From: Phoronis australis
Lineage: Eukaryota > Animalia > Phoronida
NCBI GenBank assembly: GCA_002633005.1
Contig: NMRA01000711.1
Span: 5,925 to 69,924, forward strand
Direction of reading: 5' to 3'
DNA: 64,000 bases
The notes under the pieces were generated by a model. It was given only the letters and a program-made list of their open reading frames with translations, made no database searches and was not told where the DNA came from. This document shows, one piece after another, positions 49,530 to 63,267 of the stretch; within the stretch, counting starts at the first letter, position 1; the number at the start of each line of letters is the position of its first letter. The position numbers and the translations under genes are program-made.

Positions 49530-52297
49530 AATGACTGGATGAATTAGATGGTCATTCAGTGAATAGTTTTTGATGAGGTGATTATTCATCAAGGGTAGGT
49601 TCAGGGGTAGGTTCAACCGAGGTGAATATTGAGGGAGACATCCCATGAATGTTCACAAATGAGACTGTCTAATTATTCACAAAAGGTGCGCAACTTATAC
49701 TTTTAAAAAACACTGTGTTTAGCTTCCTTGCGACATTCTTGTTGAATGAATATTGGCAGATAACTCATGCTCCTGTTTGTCCAATCAGGGTGAAAAGAAT
49801 TAAATGAGATTATCGTTCAGCTTAAGTGAACAACTTAGAGAGGCATGGAATGCAAAAGCTCGTCAAAAATATCTTTTAAACAATTCCTGATGAAAGTACC
49901 ATATTGCAACGTCTGTTGCAGAGTAATACACTTTCCCGTGTATCAAATTCCCAGAAAAAAATCTCATGTCACAATTTTTAAAAACGCAAAAGAAAACTCT
50001 GTGGTTACGACAGAGTTTCTTATCTCCCTTCCCACTTCTGATAAATTTGCTCACCATCAGTTGCTTGAAATCACTCGAGATCAAAGGTCACATTTTCCAT
50101 ATAAGGGAAATATGCTAACATGGCTGTTTTGCCATACCAAATAAGGAGGTATGCTTTGTCTTGTAGGAGAAAATCATTGAAGTGGCAGTTGACAGATCGT
50201 TTTCTTTTTAAATTTGGAACTAAAAGAAAATGCTTTGATATCAGCAGAAATTAATCTTTACAGCAAACCCTAAAATACCTGGTAAGCAGGTTGAATTCTG
50301 TTTCAGTGGCAGGTAACCACTTTCAAGTTATCATGTTCCAGGCCTCTTTTAACATTTTCATTACATGCCATGTAGCACCAGATGAGTGTAAACTTCTATT
50401 GTGTGAGGCATGCGATGTTATTATGTCTCGGAATAATCTCGAAAAAAATTGATTCAAGGTGACGTCAGCAATATTGTTCACGTATCTGCAGACATTTCAC
50501 TGAGCAGCATTTTTGAATCTGACATTCCTACTTTTGTTTCTCATTTACATGATATATGCACCATCACTTCTTGGTACTAGTTATGGTACTGTCTTATCTT
50601 AGCAAGATAATTTGCTAACATTTGCTTGTGGCAATATCAGATGTTGCTACAACTTACAGTATTATGAACAATTATTTTCATAGGCTCAAATTTCCCCATT
50701 TGTCAACTCCAGCCTTACAGCAAGTCATTTCTGCAGTTTGAAAGTTGTTGATATACTCTGTGACTAAGTGTGCACACAAACATGTGAATTACAGAGAGGA
50801 ATTTTGAGACTACGAATATATATCCCACCAACATGATCAGATAGGCCTTTAGCTAAGAAACAGGAGAACATTGAAATTTGTTTAGCAATGGAAGCACAAG
50901 ATTGGTTTTCTATCAGTCATGTTGACCGCTAGCAGTTAAAAGTGGCGACTGCTGGTCAAACAAAACAACAAAGTGAACTCTAGTTTGTTATTTTATTAAG
51001 ATCTTATCCTCTTTTCACATGACATACAAGGTCATGACCTTATACTGAAACTGTGGCTGTAACATTGGGTAAAGTTAAACTGATATTTTGACATGCTCTC
51101 TTCAACAAGGTAGATACATAAACTGACTTAAAACTCCACCCTAGAAAATTAGGCATTTCAATATTTAGTAAATACTTAAGATTATGTTTGAACAAATAAC
51201 AAATACATCAAAAGTATCCAAAAGGTGGCGCCGATTCACTCGGCATCAATATCATGTACGAGTTAATTATCCACAGTCCAATAGGGCCACATGCAGTGCA
51301 CTCGATTTAAAAAGTCAAAAACACTGTTTTAGCTCAAATTTACTATACCATTTCTCGCACTTGATCAAATTCTATACGTTAAGAAACTAGATGTAACAAT
51401 TGTTTAGTGTCCTCCACTATCTCTCTTTAGTGAGGGCTCTGAGCACAAATAAGTAGCTGCTCATGATCAGTGTTCAGGTGGTGTGTCATGATTAAGTTGC
51501 CTAACAATCAAAAACAACATACTCATCCTAAACTGCCCCTATACACCATCTGACTAACAGTTTCTACAGCAAAAGTGAGCAAATTAACCAAAATTCTGTT
51601 TCTGGAAATGAAAAGAAGCCTTTAATTGCACAATTCTGAAACATGGGCGCTTATTAAAGAGAATATAATACTACAGTACAAGACAAAAGTCGCCCGACAA
51701 ATGCTGTTTCTCTGTCCTGACAGCTATTTCTGTTAAATCCAAAAAATGACGGGTAATAACTATTAGGGCAGTAAAATTTTAAAATGAAAGCCCTCTCAGT
51801 AACTTTCCTGTTAATTTCCCTTCATTCTCAGTCATCAGGGGGCACTGCTCTCATGTTCAATTTGGCTTCAGCTCAATAATGATGAGAAATTCAGGTCCTT
51901 TTGTCTGAATACCTTTGGCTTGTACTGTAGCTGGTGCACAGCAGTAAAAACCTGGATAGCACAAGACATTTGCTGCTACATTATTGTTAGTGACAGTAGG
52001 TGGAGCTACTGCATAAGCTAACTACAACACCATCCCTTCCTCCACTCTCCTCCTTACACTATGGGTCAACATTGCACTATGAAATGAACAGAACCCTGCA
52101 TGATAAAACAATAATTAGGTAGACGACTGCGCGTCCTGGATTTCTAAACAAGTCACCTGAACGGGAGAACCGCAGCGACTTTTAGCAACGTGACAATGGT
52201 GAGACATGCCTATGTAACTAAAACACTACATGTAATGCATGCACGTCCACACTATATGATGTGTCACGGTAATACTAATACCACACAACTCAAAAAG

Positions 52298-52498
52298 CAC
52301 CCCTACCCCACTCATCCCCCCACAATGCATTCCTATCCCCCACAATGCACCCCTACCCCACCCATNNNNNNNNNNNNNNNNNNNNNNNNNNNNNNNNNNN
52401 NCCCCCCTACCCCACCCATCCGCCACAATTCACCCTTACCCCACCCATCCCCCTACAATATACTCCTACCCCATCCATCTCCCCACAATGCCCCTAGA
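52298..52498. repeat. C-rich degenerate minisatellite around a small gap
   Basis: Repeated cccctaccccacccatcccccacaatgca-like units. Confidence 0.65.
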
Positions 52499-54845
52499 AC
52501 TCATATCACACAGAGCCATAGCTGAAAATGTACCTATGAAGCATGTTAGTATGGTTAAAACAGACTAAGCTAATCTTATATCACAAAATATTTACAAAAC
52601 CAATTGAAAAATATGTACACTGTCAGCTACCAACCTCGAGGTTAAGAGGTTTTGTCGCATTTTAAGTGGACAATTGTGGTGAAAAGACACTAGAAAATCC
52701 AAGCTTAAGATAGTGAAGCCAGACTGAGTCCTTGAAACATGTAGTCTAACCAGCTTACAACAAATATCACATTAGCTCTATTACACAATAAACAGTAATA
52801 GTTAAAACAAAATCATACAGATTGTCAATAATGCGTTATGCTAAAGATGCCAAATAAGAACCGTTCAATTTTCAAGGTTACGTACTAACATTCTAATCGT
52901 ACAAACTGTTTCAACATGTACCAGGTGCACCCAAATGAAAGGATCAACACCTAAATGAACTGCATTAAATAGATATCACACTTCAACATACAGTGATGAA
53001 CTAACACATACATCACATTCACTAATCTAATAGTAGCACTCTCGAAAAATTTTATTCGAAATCTCAATTTCTCCAGGCAAAAGAACAAGTAATCCACTTG
53101 CTCTGAATTTAACAAGCTGTAACAAGAATTAACCGCACAAAAATAGTACTCTCTGTATTTACACAATTTTCAGGCAAACGATCGCCTTTCGTCGATTACA
53201 AATATGTCATGCAAACGAGAGAAAACCCCGCGCACATGGGGTTGTTGCTCAAAAAAATTACTACAATAACTCAAAATCCAATCACAGCACTCGTGGTTTA
53301 ATTTGACAATAGCAGCACATTGAAGGAAGACAAGACACCAGAGGGCACCACTGGGTAGTAACAGTAACAATTTACAGAGCCATCGTGTGGTCACAGAGGG
53401 AAACCAAGTTCTGGAATAGTTTTTCATTCCAAGCACAATAAAATGGCACTTTATTGAACATATTGTTTCAATGTGACTGAAAAATAATCAAACTGGCCTT
53501 GGAAATTCCCTTGGCATGCTAACTACACTAGAATTGAAACTAACCTAGAACAGGAAGAGGCCAAACTTGTAACAGATGGACAGACCTGTGCAATAGTTTG
53601 GACTGCTTTATACTCAGTATTTCTCATCAAAGCAATGGAAATAAACCCTATCTGGATCAGAAAACTTCTTGAGGTAAATTTTATAAGCAAGAGGCCTCGT
53701 TTTGATTTAGGTTTTAAAAAGGTTGAAGATGTTCCAACCAGTACTAGACAAGCACTAACACAATTAAGTGTAGCAAATGTTGGTTTAACTATGGTGTCCT
53801 CATAATAATGAAGACCAATGCTCACCGACAGCCAACTTGCATGATACTACTAACAAGTAAGGAGAGGAACAGTTAAAAATACCTTTAAGTTGGCTAAAAA
53901 TGATACCGTGTTTTCCAAGGACCCGTTTCCTCAAGGTGACCACACTACCCTCATTGTGTAAAAGGCAATGAAATAAAAATAAAAACAGTATCACTTGAAT
54001 ACATAACAGTGTTGAAACCATCATCAACTACAGCATTTCTCGACTGAAATACAAAATACAACAATCAGTCGCTAAGCATTAACAACCAGTTGGAACTCCA
54101 CACACCAAGTCACTCTACTCTGATTGGACAGCACAGAGGTCAAGGGTTAGTTGACTGTAATGCCATCAGTTAGAATGTGGGTGCAATCCTCAACAGCCTC
54201 GTGATGAAGGGGCTGACAAGTTTGAAGCAGTAGCAGCGCAGTAGCTAGTTGATTGGTTAGACATAGCCGTTGGGTAAGTGATCCTCTCTACAACAGGTCA
54301 ATGAAGGCTGTTAGTAAAGTGACATGTTACACGGACGTTCAACAGACAAGCACAGCCATGCAGAAACACTCAGCAGACATACGAAACCTTGGCTTGTTCT
54401 GGATGATAAAATGTCCCCTTTTCTCCAAGTCAACAATCCAGGATAGCCTTTAAAATTACTTTTTCTAGTGTAGACATGTAGGCGTGAGCTTGCATGCAAA
54501 ACAGCAGCAAGACGTTGCGTTACACAAAATAACGTAATGAAGACCTGGTCGTTACATAGTAAACCTTGGTTGTTTTTCATGCAAACCCTCCCTGGACTAC
54601 AATCCATGGTTATCTACACTCTGACTAAGCCCATCTAAATACAACAGTTCCCAGCAGTAAGCCATCACACACACACACACACAGATGTAAGACTGGATTG
54701 CTCACAAGTATTATTGACTAGTTTATCTTCCACGTGTTTTCAAGTGATAATGTGATGAAGTTGAACTGCGACGTCAAATGCTTCTAAACTGTCGGCCATT
54801 TTGTTTCTTATCCGAGACAGCATCATGTAGCAGCAGAAGAGTGAC

Positions 54846-55040
54846 TCACTTTGGTGATTTACTGCTGCGTGACTGGCTGGATACAGAACTGCTGACCGCA
54901 CTCTTTTCTCTGGCTTCTTTCCTCTTGGCGTCACTGCCGAGGCCGTGCTTTGAGCGGAGAGGTCTTGCCGTACTGTCCGACTCGGACGATGACCGGTGAA
55001 CCAGGGTGGCAGCGGACGGCTTTGATTTTTTGCTAACATG
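54846..55040 (-). CDS. CAP-Gly domain protein, probable last exon (Ser/Lys-rich tail)
   Basis: cccttttag|CAT GTT AGC..., HVSKKSKPS...SSKSPK*. The stop overlaps a possible gtgagt donor, so a further exon is possible. Confidence 0.65.
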   Translation of the reverse strand, partial: HVSKKSKPSAATLVHRSSSESDSTARPLRSKHGLGSDAKRKEAREKSAVSSSVSSQSRSSKSPK

Positions 55041-55404
55041 CTAAAAGGGAATTTAGAAACAGTCGTGACATTCTTGAAGATGCATGTTGTTCTGTTCAGC
55101 CAAATGAAAACGGAAATCGAATTAGGCCTGTTACTCTCAAAATATTCCCGACAGATTTCTAATTTTGCAATAAGAACACCAAAACCGTTAGTGACTCAAG
55201 AAAACGTTTCAGTTTATGGGTTTGCCAAACCCAAAAACTGGGAATTCAAAATGACACATTGCCTGTGTTTTTGTTGTAATAGAAATACAAGACCTGGAAG
55301 TCGGAAAGTTCAATAAGAGGACAATGGAACAAATGTCACAAAGAATTTAAGGTAACTACTGGGGAACTGAAACTCAGCACCTTATGAGGAGATTCAGAAA
55401 CAAG

Positions 55405-55558
55405 CACACTGGATCACTTAACAATGTGCATTACAAGGCACACAACTGGATCACTTGACAATGTGCATTACAAGGCACACAACTGGATCACTTGACAATG
55501 TGCATTACAAGGCACACAACTGGATCACTTGACAATCTGCATTACAATGCACACAACT
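55405..55558. repeat. Minisatellite, 37-bp unit
   Basis: (cacaactggatcacttgacaatgtgcattacaaggca) x4. Confidence 0.9.
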
Positions 55559-55741
55559 GCACGATTACTTTAACAATACATCTCAAATTTATAAAAAAAC
55601 AAGAAAATTCACAGCCGCTAACTTGATAAATTAAACTTTTAAGTTTGCAGGTTTGCCTACTTACAGATGCACGGCACTTCCATGAGATACAAATATGTCA
55701 ATATGTATAATGACAAAAGAGCATACAGAGTGATCAACTAC

Positions 55742-55848
55742 CTTTCTCTTGATTACACAGGTGACATCTTGTATGGCCACAAATACACCATAGTCCTTGC
55801 CACAGCTGAAGTATTTTTTGCCGTTGAAGTTTCCGTCATGTCGACCAA
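55742..55848 (-). CDS. CAP-Gly domain protein exon (second half of CAP-Gly)
   Basis: GRHDGNFNGKKYFSCGKDYGVFV, the GKNDG-type motif; phase 1/0. Confidence 0.88.
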
Positions 55849-56963
55849 CTGAAACGAGTGGGTTACGGTTAAAAACAAAATGAAACTTGGAACACAACAA
55901 TCACTAGATGGGTGCAGGGTTAGTAAAATTCACAAGTGTGATGACACAGTTTAATTCCTACTACATTCAGGTGTAGAATGTTATTACAAGTTGGACATGA
56001 CGTGTGATTAGAAGGTAGACAAGCTGGTTGTGACTAGCATTCACAAAGTAATAAGGCAAACTGTCGTCTTGGGAGCAATTAGTGTATTAGTGTCGACAAT
56101 GCTAATAATCTGGCCAATGGTATGCAGTCACTGCTAATAACCCGGCCAATCGTGTGCGATCACCATGGGTGAAGAGACCTTAGCCATAAGTTATGTCATT
56201 ACATTGTAAACTTCTGGTATTCTTAAAAAGAATATGGTGAATTTCACGGAGACCAACTTAGTGACAGGAACAACAAAATTATCAATAGGAGGAGCAGCTC
56301 TAGAATGAAGTCATCAGAAAAGTCTCAAGACAAAACCATCGACAAAACATAGGCTTTTCATAAGAATTTTTTACAAGACTTTGTGGACAGAGAAGCTGTC
56401 ACATAGACAAATTTGCTAAAATGCCATCATTGGCTAGATCCACTCCAAGCCGAGGCAGGTGTCGCCTCTCTATGATATGAAGATAGATACATGGCAAATG
56501 TAATCAGACAACATACTGTTTCTCGGTCATGACAACGAATTTGTTTAAGGCAAGAATGGCTGACAGTTACTCGTGAAAAATTCATGATTACAGAACAGAA
56601 TTTCTAGCCTGCTATTGTTGAGGTATACTTCCCATCATTCCCTGTCAAGATACATGACTATCACCATCATGACTATCACCACCATGAATTTCCCTTGCTC
56701 CAAGCTGTCGTCACAAGTAATTCCGGATCATTCTCAAATCACTCTTGGTGTGTACTCTATATGTCAGATTACTTTCACATCCATCTGGATACTGACACGC
56801 AGGCAAAAAAAACTAAAATTGACCCATACGTGGCACCGACACTATATCTGGTCGTGGTTACATCACTCTTACCCATGGTAACAGAGCTCACCGTCATGGT
56901 AATACCACTCATATACATCGTGTCCATGCCAACATAACTCCCACTCAAGATAACACGACTCAC

Positions 56964-57100
56964 CAGGAGCATCCAATTCCAGTCCAACAAACACCATGCT
57001 GGGCGTGCCTATCTTGTCCAAGTGACCAATGTAACGGATGTGACCAGTACGGTCACCCTTGACAACCACATAATCGTCCAACTGGATCTGTAGTTTGCCA
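56964..57100 (-). CDS. CAP-Gly domain protein exon (first half of CAP-Gly)
   Basis: IQLDDYVVVKGDRTGHIRYIGHLDKIGTPSMVFVGLELDAP; phase 2/1. Confidence 0.88.
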
Positions 57101-57196
57101 CTGCAAAAACATTGTATTGTCCGTGATCAAGGCCCGATGTCTTCTAGACTATTCTATACTCTTTCCTCTGACAATGTAGTCAAACACAACTGAACA

Positions 57197-57360
57197 GCCC
57201 CAGTTAACTCTTAACCCACCATAAGTGGCCCCAGTTAACTCTTAACCCACCACCAGTGGCCCCCGTTAACTCTTAAGCCACCACCAGTGGCCCCAGTTAA
57301 CTCTTAACCCACCACAAGTGGCCCCAGTTAACTCTTAACCCACCACCAGTGGCCCCAGTT
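57197..57360. repeat. Minisatellite, ~32-bp unit
   Basis: (ccccagttaactcttaacccaccaccagtgg) x5. Confidence 0.9.
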
Positions 57361-57837
57361 CTACAGAAGACAACACAATAAGTGCAGGAGCCAAAACTTT
57401 TAACTTAACCTGTCAGTACACATTCTCATAACTATATGTACGCATGTAAAATAAAACTGGCGCGAGTCAGACATGCACAAGCCAGATATCCACTTAATTC
57501 GGACATTATCAGCGGTACAGTAATAACAATTCATGTGCTCGGCCATTCAGACAAGTTGACTTACTCTAATAACACCTTGTGGTACGTTCGATCCAAGTTT
57601 TACTGCATACACGTACATAATATCACAACTAAGCAAGTATTCATCTGTGCTGTCATTAGCACAGGATTGCCCATCAAGTTTATTTACAGCACAAATCAAT
57701 CTGTCCTGCCTCATAACCACAGTTCAAATTACCAGGACATCTACACATTTAATCTGCAGGGGGCCATCCTAAACATGCGCTGCTTCCAATCATGACCAAA
57801 TGGCGGATTCAATAGCTGAAGAAAACACAAAACTTAC

Positions 57838-57984
57838 TTGACAGTGACCCTGGTGACCTCACGACCTGTCTTGGGTCGTGGACTCTCCGTCGACTCACAC
57901 AGGGTACACTTACAGCCAGGCATAGCAGTTGGAAGGGCTATCTGACCACCGTGTGTACGGTGGATTGGCTTGGACTTGGCTGGA
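57838..57984 (-). CDS. CAP-Gly domain protein exon
   Basis: PAKSKPIHRTHGGQIALPTAMPGCKCTLCESTESPRPKTGREVTRVTV; phase 2/2, |gtaagt donor. Confidence 0.75.
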
Positions 57985-58519
57985 CTGAAACATGACACAT
58001 AGAGCATTTGAACAGCTGCGAGAAATATATATGCAAAGTGCTATTGTCTCCAACACACTTGCAGGAGTTAATATTACTTTGTTTAACCTCCTTGGACTTG
58101 GAACAGATCAGTCCTAGTGTCAACAGACAATACTTCGAAGCCCCATTTCAGGAGCTGAAATCCACAGAAAACGTGAATAGAGAAAATCGGCATTAAATTG
58201 CAAGTGTGTAGGTCAAAGAATTCTGCTGCCAATAATGTGCCAAAAGCCAAATGTTGCCGTGTGAAAAACATCTCGACTTTCTTCTTCCAATGCACAATCA
58301 TCGTGAATTATTCTTTGTTTCAATTGACAGTGGGTACAACAAATTGCCTAGACTCCCTATTGCTCATTAACTGCCATGGCAACATAATGAGGCCCAATGT
58401 GGCAAGCTGCCCTACTCACAACCGGAGCTTACAGGGGATCCAGTAGTGTTAAGGTTAGTCTCAAGTGGCCCAAACTGTCTACTCGACGCAATCTTCACAT
58501 GACCACATTTACTTTCAAA

Positions 58520-59369
58520 GTAATAAACAATGTCAACAACGCCTCTGTCAAAAAAAATATTTGATCTATATACAAGACAAGGCCATCGTAGTGATTTGAG
58601 ATCCTCCACCCCATATGCAATTCCTCCGTCGTTCAGTCAGGCATTCAGAAGGTCTACAGTCATGATGTGCATCAACAACTGGAATTCTCTTCCAGTCTCG
58701 GTTAAGGAAAGCAACTCCTTTACGAGTATAAAAACAGTTTTAGAACTGTTTTTCATAATTTTGATAACTCAACACCATTGATTCAATTCTCCCTTCCCCG
58801 TGATAACGAAATAGCATTATACAGATCAAGATGCTGTCTTTTGCTCAATTCTGACAAGTTTAGGCATAACTTTAGTAATGTATCTCCAAACTGTAAATGT
58901 GGTGACCATCAATGTTATCCTCATGTTTTCTTCAAATGTCCCCTCATCGAATACCTGAGAGACTCACTCTTTCGTGCAACCAATCAATTGTTGAAGCTCT
59001 CAATTCTTGTAATAATTTCCCTACTAAAATTACTTTATTATTAAATGGTAGTCCTAACTTTGACCTTGTTCTCAATGAATTCCTCCTAAGCAAGGTTACC
59101 AACTTATATGTACCATTTATAAAGTAACATTATTGCTTCTGATTTCCATACATGAATCTGTACATGTTTTTGTCTTTACATATTCGTAATAGCATATCTA
59201 AATATTGGAATACGTATATTAGATACTACTTAAGTGTATATACCTCTATGTATATTAGTTTCATTTATGAATCGTCTACAACCCAGATATAATGCTTCGC
59301 GATTTCTGGGTTTATCATTATTTTTTGTATATTCTGTGTATTCTTCAATAAATATCACTTTTAAAAAAA
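58520..59369 (+). mobile_element. 5'-truncated non-LTR retrotransposon (CR1/L2-group-like) 3' end
   Basis: Frameshifted ORF2 C-terminus: INNWNSLPVSVKES, LYRSRC..LNSDKFRHN..SPNCKCG...HVFFKCP, LLNGS; then AATAAA (about 59348) and a short A tail. Confidence 0.7.
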
Positions 59370-59604
59370 TGTAACAAGCAGCTTAATGGCAGTGGTCTGT
59401 AGCATCTCATCATTTGATAACTCTTATCAAATCTACAAATCATCTCATCATCTCACAATTCTTCTTAAGTCTACTAATCATATATAACCTGAGCAAGAAA
59501 CATGATGAAACCAATTTTATAACAGTAAGCCGCTTTGTTAAATACTTTAATAAACTTTTTCCACACTATTCCATGTCAGAGTTCAAAGAACGGAGAAAAC
59601 TGAC

Positions 59605-59822
59605 CTATTTCCCGGGGAAGACGGTAAAGGCAGCGAGTGGCGATAACCTGGTTTCTCGCGTGACGTCGGTAGGCTGGATGTGCTGGTCTCAGAAACGTCC
59701 GAGTCAGTGCCAGCTGCATTGTTGGATAAACGAGATGTTGTCGGGGTTGTTGTTGAGCACTCGTTCTCCAGGTGAAAGCTATCTGAATACTGTCCGGTAT
59801 ACTGTCGGGCAAGGTTTATCAT
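59605..59822 (-). CDS. CAP-Gly domain protein exon (Ser/Thr-rich)
   Basis: MINLARQYTGQYSDS...LPLPSSPGN; cttgtag|...|gtcagt, phase 0/2. Confidence 0.75.
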
Positions 59823-60507
59823 CTACAAGACATGATAGACACAAAGCTATCTGAATACTGTCCGGAATATTGTTGGGCAAGGTTTATCATCTACGGAGAG
59901 ATGATAAGACATGACGGACACAAAACATTTTTTAACAGTTTAATTTAAAGTGAGATTGCATATGTTTAATGCAGGTACACAGCTAGTGTTACAGCAGTTC
60001 TGACAGGTAAATTTATGGGGATGTTTATATTGTGCAATGGGAGTCAAAGGTAGGAGATGAATTAAGCACAAGGTCGAGGGTCAATATGCACCGGGGTCAA
60101 TTTGCACCAGGGTCAATATGCACCTTGTTTTAACAATTTTGCATGTGGACTTTCAAACGAGCATACTGATTTCAACTATTTCATTTAAACATGTTCTGAC
60201 CATCTTCATTTTGCTTTAACTTTCAAACCTTAGAAGTAAAATATGCTTGAAAAATCAACAACCAAGTTCTAACTGTGACAGGGACCACTTCAGCTCAACA
60301 ATTGAGCATTCTCTAATGTATAAAGCACCAAAAGCTCAATCCATGAGTTCAAATGTTTCACTATGTCACTCCCAGTCACATGAAAGGAGGGGATCATCTT
60401 GCATTATCATCTGGTGCTGACTAGAGTAATGATCAAATCACTCCAGTCCTCGCTACATGTAAGTGTACGACCTCTGACCCCAACATCCTATCATAGTGGT
60501 GTCATAC

Positions 60508-60596
60508 CTCAAGCTCTTTGAGACGGCCTTTGAGTATTTCGTTTTCTTTCCGCGCAGCGCCGAGATCTTCCGCCAGTCTAGAGTTCATTCGGACCG
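60508..60596 (-). CDS. CAP-Gly domain protein exon (coiled coil)
   Basis: VRMNSRLAEDLGAARKENEILKGRLKELE; phase 1/0. Confidence 0.8.
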
Positions 60597-61075
60597 CTGA
60601 AAGTAATTACCCCAGACATTAACAAGACTCCTCTACACTATACACTATACACTGCCTAAAACCACAGCTCAAGTTGTTTGTGCACCGCACTACGGCATGA
60701 CTGTCTTATCTTCTGTAGAGTAAGAATTCATTACCATAGCGACAAAAACTCCTTCCCAAAATATAAAGGGCATAGCAGACCTATGAGCTAACAAAACTGC
60801 TTTTGAATATTTGCCGATTTTCACAAAACTTGCAGATTTAAGCAGAGAAATGAAACACTTAAAATGGCCCACTTAAAAGCAGGTGGTTAATATCCAACTG
60901 CATTAACACTGTCCGTTATCTTTTAAACAATGAATTTCACAGAATAACGTGTTAAAAAAAGTTACAATCTACCTGTACAAGCAGTTTTCTTCAAAGAAAT
61001 TCAATTATCACACTCGGTTATTTGAAAATAACACTATGATGTCAGCCAGAGACAGTTGAAGTTGAATGAAGTATA

Positions 61076-61302
61076 TAATCGACTAATCATAGAAGAGGTC
61101 TCCTGACACTTCAGTAATCGACCAATCATAGAAGAGGTCTCCTGATATTTCAGTAATCGACCAATCATAGAAGAGGTCTCCTGACACTTCAGTAATCGAC
61201 CAATCATAGAAGAGGTCTCCTGACACTTCAGTAATTGACCAATCATAGAAGAGGTCTCCCGACACTTCTGTCCAATCATAGAAGAGGTCTCTTGACACTT
61301 CA
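61076..61302. repeat. Minisatellite, 39-bp unit
   Basis: (taatcgaccaatcatagaagaggtctcctgacacttcag) about x6. Confidence 0.9.
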
Positions 61303-61759
61303 GGTCAAATTGCAATGAGAATAGCTAAAGTATTTCATAATTCCATAATTTCACATAACTGTTACTTTGGATTCCAACTTATTACCCAATAATGCAGTCT
61401 CCTTCATCTATTTAAACAATACCTGCGTCAAAGTCTTACTTTATGCATGAGTTAGATAACGAACAAGTCTCTTAATTTGTTTAGAGTTGCAATGCAAACT
61501 ACAAGTCAACCTTTTATGTGAATGGTATAGATTTACTTTACATGGTCCAGTAAATCCAATCTTGAACATTAACAGAACGATAATGGTGTCCTACTACGTG
61601 GACAATCCCTCAGAAGGAAAAACGCTCTTATATCAATTAAATCAAATCAAAAATTGTGAAATTTCACGAAAAGTTTTGCAGTGCCCCAAAAGGATAAAGA
61701 TTTGTCCCAATTCATGAATTCAAAACAAACTATGCGGAACTCGGGAAGCAACAACCTGA

Positions 61760-62080
61760 CAATCACGTGGGACCTACATTTCACTATCATCTCCTTGCTA
61801 GTGAAGCGATAGTCCCACTAGTGGTAATACAATCATGTGGGACCTACATCTCACTATCATCTCCATGCTAGTGAAGTGATAGTCCCACTAGTGGTAATAC
61901 AATCACGTGGGGCCTACATCTCACTATCATCTCCATGCTAGTGAAGCGATAGTCCCACTAGTGGTAATACAATCACGTGGGGCCTTCATCTCACTACCAT
62001 CCGCATGCTAGTGAAGAGACAGCCCCACTTGAGGCAATACATTTATGTGGTACCTTCATCTCACTAGCACCTCCATGCTA
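61760..62080. repeat. Tandem array of 70-bp self-complementary units
   Basis: Units start near 61760, 61830, 61900, 61970 and 62040; each has gtgggac..tcacta / tagtga..gtcccac arms. Confidence 0.9.
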
Positions 62081-62301
62081 ATATGCTAAACTCACAAAAT
62101 AAAGCCTCATTCGCCTTCAGCGCCACCTAGTGAATACCACGTCACTCATTATATGTACATCAATCAGTACGCTCCTTCCTCCCTAAAATATCCTGGATGC
62201 AGTCTAAGTTTTAGCCACGACAGCAAGTCAATAAATGTACACGTTACTGACATTAAACTACACTGGTCCCAAGAGACTGTTACTGATATTAAACTACATA
62301 C

Positions 62302-62387
62302 TTTCTCTGAACTGTTCTTCCAGCTTGGGGTCATTTGGCGTGAGGAGTTGACACTGGATCTCTCGGGAAACCTGACTACAGCTTGGA
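62302..62387 (-). CDS. CAP-Gly domain protein exon
   Basis: ttcattttctag|T CCA..: PSCSQVSREIQCQLLTPNDPKLEEQFRE; phase 2/1. Confidence 0.75.
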
Positions 62388-63267
62388 CTAGAAAATGAAG
62401 TGAAATTATTACCAATCAAAAATCAGGAAATCATTACGAAAACAACAATTCTCAGGCATTTACAGCAACAAATTCACTTAAAAACGCTGTATTCAGTTGT
62501 ACTGTTGAGGTGAAGTCAACGTGGACAACTGTAGACGGGAATGTATGGAGTTAGTAGCATAATTGGCAGCAGAATCAAGCACTCGACTCCCATTTGATCC
62601 ATTAAGTAATGACCACACAATGGGAACATGAAGCGAACGGTACAGGAGTACATATATTCTAGGCGAAAAGAAGTCTTTAAAAAGGGTGACATATATGGCT
62701 TTAAAGTTTTGAGATGAGCTGGAACAGTTAGATTAATAACTCAACATTTGGATTAAACTACCGATGAAAACTAATCATAACATCCAATAGATTTGTCTAC
62801 GTCCTAATTCCATGACAAACGAGAGTCCATTACTACCTGAAGATTACTGACATCAGCTACATGGAATATGGAATAGGACATCTTATGGAAACAGCTGTGA
62901 CCACTGGCATTTTCACAAGAGAACAAAACACCTTTCTGACAGACTCCCCTCCCCCCCTTCACCCAGTCCGCTTTTCTTCAATGTTTATTATGAAAATAAC
63001 AGTGCACAATAACAAGAGTTAAGTTCAGAAAGCACTACAAAGCATTATATCAGGGCACCTTCTCGCATAAAGAGCACTTCCGCATTTCGTTGCCCTATAG
63101 AAAAGATAATGTTTATGTTATGTATATTTTCTAAACTCATTACGAACTGTCACTATGTGTCCGTTTGCACACTCAACTGCTATTTAACTGTGGACACCAA
63201 TATACTACTCAAGTCAGTAAACAACAAACTGCCGCTATTTTAGATGGAGCACTCCTGGCAGGCCTAC

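Noticed and set aside
61034-61315. Repetitive ORFs (CQETSSMIGRLLK)n and (SGDLFYDWSITEV)n
   Set aside because: By-products of a 39-bp minisatellite whose unit is a multiple of 3; they do not fit the exon chain.
55405-62080. CRISPR-like arrays (32-39 bp and 70 bp repeats)
   Set aside because: Units are head-to-tail without unique spacers, lie in eukaryotic introns, and have no cas genes nearby.
62837-62856. Micro-exon in the CAP-Gly gene
   Set aside because: Not needed: the acceptor at 62387 has a better pyrimidine tract and already restores the reading phase.
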